Below are positions 57,661-64,000 of a stretch of 64,000 nt of DNA, piece by piece. The notes below the pieces were generated by a model. It had not been told where the DNA came from. It saw only the letters and a list, made by a program, of their open reading frames with translations, and made no database searches. Every line of letters begins with the position of its first letter. The first letter of the stretch is position 1. Origin of the DNA: the human T2T-CHM13v2.0 reference genome, Homo sapiens; assembly GCF_009914755.1 (NCBI RefSeq), contig NC_060936.1; one strand, given 5' to 3'. A program made the position numbers and the translations under genes.

Positions 57661-57991
57661 TCTAGTCATACTGGAATACCTTTTTTTCTTTCTTGCCAAA
57701 GATTGCATTTTTTTTCCAGCTCTGAGTCTCCGACATCTGCCTGAAAAACTCCTAGTCATACTTCAAAACCCACCTCCAGAATTCCTTCCTCTGTAATGCT
57801 TATCTTTCTACTGGCATAAAGTGTTTGTTTCTTTGATCATGAGTAGAGCTATGACTTTGAGTTGTGTTACAGTTTACAAGGAAGTTGGTTAGGGTGTACA
57901 CTGAATGTTGTATATGATCAAAATTGCCATTCAAATTATTTTAAGTAGTTTTAATCGCCAGAACCTGATGCTTTGGAAGCCAAAACATTAA

Positions 57992-58294
57992 TGTAAGGTC
58001 CTCTGAGCTGGCCGCACCATGGTCAAGCTATCATGACATTCCCCTGCCCTTGTGATAATGTACTTTGTGATATTCCCTGCCCTTGTGAATGTACTTTGTA
58101 ACGTCCATCCCCTGCCCGCAAAAAATTGCTCCTAACTCCACGGCCTATCCCAAACCCTTAAGAACCAATGATAAGCCCACCACACTTTGCTGACTCCTTT
58201 CTCAGACTCAGCCCACTTGCACCCAAGTGAATAAACAGCCTTGTTGCTCACACTAAGCCTGTTCAGCTGGTCTCTTATACGGACGTGAGTAACA
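57992..58294 (+). mobile_element. HERV-H-related (LTR7/LTR7C-like) solo LTR
   Basis: TG...CA ends, perfect 5-bp TSD attaa, and an LTR7-type R/U5 (aataaacagccttgttgctcacactaagcctg). Confidence 0.75.
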
Positions 58295-58711
58295 ATTAAG
58301 AAATGTCATATTTTTCCCTCCTAGTCTCTCAGTTATGTCCTTCATTTCTCTGAGGAGCCGAAAGTCTAATCTGGACAAAGAGGGTGGCAATGAATTGTTC
58401 ACAGTTTGTCTTTTTTGTATACTTTATTTTAATGCTGTTATTAATTTGTATGCTGTACCTCCAGGAGATCTTCAATTTATATTATAAATATACTCTGCCA
58501 TTGTAATTATGCATTTACAAATCCCCACTCCAGGGGTATGCTCCCTGAGGGTGGATGCTGTTTCAATTGGTTAAGAGCTTTATATAAACCTTCTATCACT
58601 CAGACCATGGTAGAAGGTTTATATAATGCTTTGTAAGGTCTGAATCACAACTTGGCTTCCTGCTCATTCACTCATTCATTTATTCACTCTGCACACACTG
58701 ATTGCATATCT

Positions 58712-59223
58712 TGGTTAATAATGAGCGTCAACTTGATTGAACTGAAGGATGCAAAGTATCGTTCCTGGGTGTGTCCGTGAGGGTGTTGCCAAAAGAGATT
58801 AACATTTGAGTCAGTGGACTGGGAAAAGCAGACCCACCCTCATTCTCGGTGGGCACCATCTAATCAGCTGCCAGCACGGCTGGGATAAAAACAGGCAGAG
58901 GAACCTGGAAAGACTAGACTGGCTGAGTCTCCTGGCCTCCATCTTTCTCCCGTGCTGGATGCTTCCTGCCCTCAAACATCAGACTCCAAGTTCTTCAGCT
59001 TTTGGGCTCTCGGACCTTCAACCACAGACTGAAGGCTGTGCTGTTGGTTTCCCTACTTTTGAGGTTTTGGGACTCGGACTGGCTTCCTTGCTCCTCATCT
59101 AGCAGATAGCCTACGTGGGACCTCACTTTGTGATTGTGGGAGTCAATACTCCTTAATAAAATCCGCTTTATATATACATCTATCCTATTGGTTCTGTCCC
59201 TCTAGAGAACCCTGATTAATACA
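58712..59223 (+). mobile_element. MLT2A (HERV-L) LTR missing its 5'-terminal ~5 nt
   Basis: tggttaataatgagcgtcaacttgattg...ctagagaaccctgattaataca. Confidence 0.9.
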
Positions 59224-59816
59224 CCAGGGGTGTGCTCTCTGAGGGCAGATGCTATTTCAATTGGTTTAGAGCTTTACCATTCAGTCCACGGTAGAAGGTT
59301 TATATAATGCTTTGTACGGTCTGAATCACACTGTGGCTTCCTGCCCATTCACTCATTCATTCGTTCACTCAGCACACACTGACTGAATATCTTATGTGCC
59401 AGACTCAGCAATGACCCAAACACACGATTACTGCCCTCTCGAAACATACTGTCTTATAGAGGCAGACTTAAAAAAAAATGCATAGTATCTCAGGTATCTC
59501 AAAGTGCTGTAAAAAGAGAAAAAGCAGGTAATGTAGATAAGAGGGTATGGGGGACAGGGGGAAGAGGATGCTATTTTCTCCAATGTCGCTAGCAGTGGCC
59601 ATTCAGAGGACATGGCATTTGAGGAGAGACCAAAATAAGGGAGGAAGTAACCAAGGGCATATCCAGGGAGGACACTGAAGACCTGCCAGGTGTGTATGAA
59701 TAACAGCAAGGAGATCCGGGTGGCAAGAAGAGTAGAGGGGAATGCAACACGTTACTGAAGGTGCAGTGGGCCGATATAAGGAAATTGAATGTTTTCAGAC
59801 TTGAAGCCACTGGAAA

Positions 59817-60111
59817 TTTTTTTTTTTTTTGAGACGGAGTCTCGCTCTGTCGCCCGGGCTACAGTGCAGTGGCACTATCTTGGCTCACTGCAAGCTCCGC
59901 CTCCCGGGTTCACACTATTCTCCTGCCTCAGCCTACTAAGTAGCTGGGACTACAGGCGCCCGCCACCACGCCCGGCTAATTTTTTGTATTTTTAGTAGAG
60001 ACGGGGTTTCACCGTGTGAGCCAGGATGGTCTCGATCTCCTGACCTTGTGAACCACCTGCTTCGGCCTCCCAAAGTGCTGGGATTACAGGCGTGAGCCAC
60101 CGTGCCCGGCC
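59817..60111 (-). mobile_element. AluY
   Basis: AluY diagnostics (gcaagctccgcctcccgggttcac, ggcgcccgcc); CpG-rich; flanking gaaatttttttt repeat; inserted in an L2. Confidence 0.95.
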
Positions 60112-60356
60112 AGAAATTTTTTTTAGTATAGGAATTCATGATGGTTTTAAAACAGCCCCATGGGTTTTCAGATGCTACCATCGAGTGTAGGCCGGCCTTA
60201 GTGGCTTGCTTCTAATTCGTAGACTCCTGTAGAAATGATGCTGACCAACTCCCAAGGCTGTCAAAATGGCACCTGCTGTCTGGGAACCCAGCCACCACCA
60301 ACCCAGCCACTTGCCCTTCCTCAGATCGCATGGGGAAGCCACATGTGACAATGCTG

Positions 60357-61525
60357 GTGGTATTATAAAGAATATATCTGTTCTTTTTCCCTGTTCCTGG
60401 AACAAAGCTACTAAAAACCTTTGGGATTTTCTGGGTGATAGGAGTGTCTTTGTTATGCTAATGAGGTGGCTCAGGGTGGCCCCAGGAGAGCTTTAGGATG
60501 GGGCTGGTCACCAGAATGACTGAAATAGTTTAAACATTTGTCCCCACCCAAACCTCACGTTGAATTGGCATCCCCAGTGCTGGAGGTATGACCTGGTGAG
60601 AGGTGTTTGAATCAGAGGGGCCGATGCCTCAGAGCTTGGTGCTGTCTTCACAAGAGTAAAGTTAAATGGCCAGATCTGGTCATGTAAAATTGTGTGGCAC
60701 CTCCCTCCACCTTGCTGTCTTACTCCTGCTTTCTCCACGTGAGATGCCTGCTCCCTCCCACTTCCCCTTCCACAAGGTGTAAATGCTCCCTGAGGCCTCC
60801 CCAGAAGCAAATGCTGGTGTTATGCTTTCTGTACAGCCTGCAGAACCATGAGCCAATTAAACCTCTTTCTTATAAATTATCTAGCTTCAGGTATTTCTTT
60901 ATAGCAATGTGAGAAAGGCCTAACACAAAGATCAAGACCTTGATTACAGCATGGGAATCTGGGGCCAGGCCCACACCCAGGGAGGGGATGGGGGCTGGGC
61001 TGGAGACTGAGTTTAATCACATGGCCAATGACATAATCAATCAGGCCTCTGTAATGAAACCTCAATAAAATCTCTGGACACCAAGGCTCCAGGAAGTGTC
61101 CCATCTGGGAAACACATGGCTGTGCTGGGTATCATGGATCCCATGGGGACAGAGACAGAGGCTCTGTGTCACCCACCCCTCTGACCTCACACTCTTGGTT
61201 TGATGGGTCCTGATCTGTGTCCTTTACCATAACATTTTGATCATAGGGACAGCATTTCCTGAGTTGTGTGCCTAGTGAATTTCTCGTCTAGTTTCATCCT
61301 ACTGAATTATCAAACCTGAAGGGGTGTGGGAAGGCCCAGATTGTAGCCAGCTGAGTGGGAGTATGGGGGCCTTGGGCACACCTGAATCTGTGGCTGCCAT
61401 CTGAGACTGGGGAGGTCTTGTGAAAAGATTTGCCCTTAGCCTGTAGGGTCAGTGCTAACTCTTGGTAGTTAGTGTCAGAAGTAAATTGCATTGTAGGTCA
61501 CCCAGCTGGTGACAGAGAATAGTTT
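60357..61525 (+). mobile_element. MER21C-like LTR with a nested MST LTR (60521-60927)
   Basis: gataggagtgtctttgttatgctaatgag...ggggctggtcaccaga | MST tgaaatagttt...ctaacaca | aagatcaag...cacccagctggtg. Confidence 0.8.
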
Positions 61526-61534
61526 TCAGAGCCT

Positions 61535-61780
61535 GATCGCCCCAGATAAGATCCTGATCTATGGCCAAAATCAACCACCAGTCACGCGGGTGAATGAGAC
61601 TTCAGATAATTCCAGCCTCTACTCTCCCAGCAATGCCACCCCATACTGAAGAGAGCAGAGAAAAGCTGCCCCCATCACACTCTGCCAAGATTACAGATTC
61701 ATGAGTCTAATAGATTTTGTTACTGTTTTCAGCCACCATGTTGGGGAATGGTTGTTTATGTAGCATTAGATAACTAGACC
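61535..61780 (+). mobile_element. MLT1F/G-like LTR 3' part
   Basis: ttacagattcatgag...tttcagccaccatgttggggaatggttgtttatgtagcattagataactag. Confidence 0.65.
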
Positions 61781-64000
61781 AGAGTGATGGGATCTGACAT
61801 GTTGAAAACAATCGCTCTGGTTACTAAATGGAGATGAGGTGGGGGTGGGGGAAGAAAAGTGAAGAAGGAAGACAGGTCGGGAGGCTGTCATGATAATTCC
61901 AGTGAGACAGGACGCTGCCCTGGACCGGCACAGTCGCTGGGCAGGTGATGAGGAAGGGCCGTAACCTGGGTCTGTTTCAAAGGCAGAGCCAACAGGATCT
62001 GCTGATGGATCAGATGTGCCGCATGAGGCATGCTCCCCACGGATGCAGACAAGCTGGTCTTTGTGAGATTTAGCTTGAATTCCATCTTCTGGATGTATCT
62101 TCCTTCCGTTGCAAGGTACAACGGAAGAACTAGAAGATGAAGAAATGGAGCACTGACTCCTTCGTTCCCACAGCTGCAATCCAGTATCAGAGAAGATGTC
62201 CTTTAAACAGGCTGCTACTGAGAACCTCGTTTGCTCAAGACTGAAAAAGGACAATCTTGGCCAGCAAGGGGAGAGCTGTACCCATTCCTCTGGAGGAATA
62301 AACAACCTGATACTTAATTGCCTGAATTAGCTGTCTTGCCCATGCCAATCATTCTGTCCTGGTATTTGACCTAAGGAAAGTATAAGATGTCATGAACAAA
62401 GAGAACGTACTTACAGAGGCCACCATGATGTCCAAAAGAACCTTTTCCCTATTGTTTTTGGTGTTCCAGCTCCTCAAAGTGACTTTCTGCTCCTTTAACC
62501 AAAATCCTACTCTACTTTTAAGAATCAGGTCAAATGCCATCTCCTCAGTGAAGTACTTTTTTTCTGACCATCCCTGTTTTTCTCTAAACTTCTATAGCAA
62601 TTATTCTTTGTTCAGTACATTGTGGAATTAGCCAGAGTTCCATGTGTATTCCTTCTATTACTATAGAACTATGTTTAGATTACTCATTGCTTCGAGTAAC
62701 GCAATACTTTATCAAATCCATAAGCCCATAAATTCAACCAAAAGCAAGTTTGCCCAACTGAGGTCTTATATTAGTTGGACACATTGATTATAATCAAAAT
62801 ACTTATGTATATTAACAAAAATGGAAAGTTTGTTTAATTAATTTAAAAAATTAATAAATTAATTCCAGTTTATATGATTGCTTCAGGAAACAAAAGCAAA
62901 GGGTTAAACTCTAAAGTATTGGAGAAGGTGGTTTCTTTAATCACAGAGAAGTAGCCTCCTACTGAAAGCATCCCTAAATTAAATTTCTGAATTTAAACAA
63001 ATATCCTATTTCTCAGTGGTAACAGCATGAAAAGATCAGAAGACAAGTAACAAAGGAACTGGAACTATAAAAGGCAAGTAACCTGATAATCATAGAAACA
63101 AAAAGGATCAAGATTCAATGTTACTTCCCATAGTCCATTAGATGCAGAAATAAATAGGAATTGCCCATTTTACAGTACGACGACAAAAAGAATTAAAAGT
63201 TAAAGGCCAGAAAGATTTGAAAGTTAAATATTTAAACTATTACAATTAAAAAAATACACAAAATTCAGAGCAACTGTTTGGACACCTCTTAATTACAGAG
63301 CAATGAGAAACTGGTTAATGAAATTGTGTTACATTCCGTATCGCAGTCTTGATCACATTTTGCATGATTGCTTACTTAATGATCTGGGAACAGAACACTG
63401 AAAGGGCAATAACTTCACCTGTCCTGCTCAACATTTATTCCCTATCACACCACCTGGCATTTAAAAGGTGGTATCCTACACACCACCTGGCATTTAAAAG
63501 GCTCCCATCCAATATATAATTGTTGAATAAAGTACAGTACTTATGTATATTAGGGAGCTGTTCAAATTATACATTAGCATAAAACATGTAATGGTGTGGG
63601 AATATTTTCAATACACATATATGTACAAATGATACTATATTTTAGAAACAAAAATACAGGACCCTATATACTTACGAAAATAAACATGTATGAAAGAACA
63701 AATTATTAACAAAATAGAAAACAGTAATTTAGGCCAAAGATCTAAATAGACATAACAGCCTAAATAAAACTCTTTAAAAATAACGTAGAGTGCAAAAAGG
63801 TAAAAAGCCATAGAAAAAAAGAGCAAATGCTGTAAGCCATCACTTGTATAAACTTCAAAAACTGGCAAAACTAATGGATGGTCAGAATAACAGTAATCTT
63901 TGAAAACAAGGGGTGGTTACTAGAATTGGGTGAGGGGAGGGTATCAAGGATATTCTATCTCTTGACCATGAATATGTGACTTTGCAACCATTTATCCATG

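Noticed and set aside
61766-62305. 179-aa minus-strand ORF (same strand as the gene)
   Set aside because: It has no TMEM132 or other family similarity, overlaps L2/MLT1 remnants, and has no convincing start or splice context.

Overview
This is human (or very close great-ape) genomic DNA from within TMEM132D, which is transcribed on the minus strand. The only coding sequence I can support is the 889-bp second exon (27967-28855, minus strand), with canonical AG/GT sites and a perfect TACTAAC branch point. The rest is intron, densely filled with Alu, L1, L2/MIR, MaLR/ERV LTRs (including a full-length THE1 provirus) and hAT DNA-transposon fossils. Repeat subfamily names come from my recall of consensus sequences, and boundaries without a stated target-site duplication (TSD) are approximate. 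All other ORFs in the track are repeat-derived or chance. Four observations stand out. (1) Two inverted Alus 17 kb apart on opposite sides of exon 2 are ~93% identical and share private variants, which suggests gene conversion and provides a pairing that could drive exon-2 circRNA formation; the circle would carry a 261-aa junction-spanning ORF. (2) A patchwork of locally templated inverted copies lies at 45.1-47.8 kb and includes a ~190-bp inverted repeat. (3) An MLT2A LTR is flanked by a ~170-180-bp duplication instead of a 5-bp TSD. (4) Several smaller templated duplications are present, along with a 56-bp minisatellite and a ~450-bp polypurine tract. Identities were counted by hand. I see no evidence of a new gene or multi-gene system.
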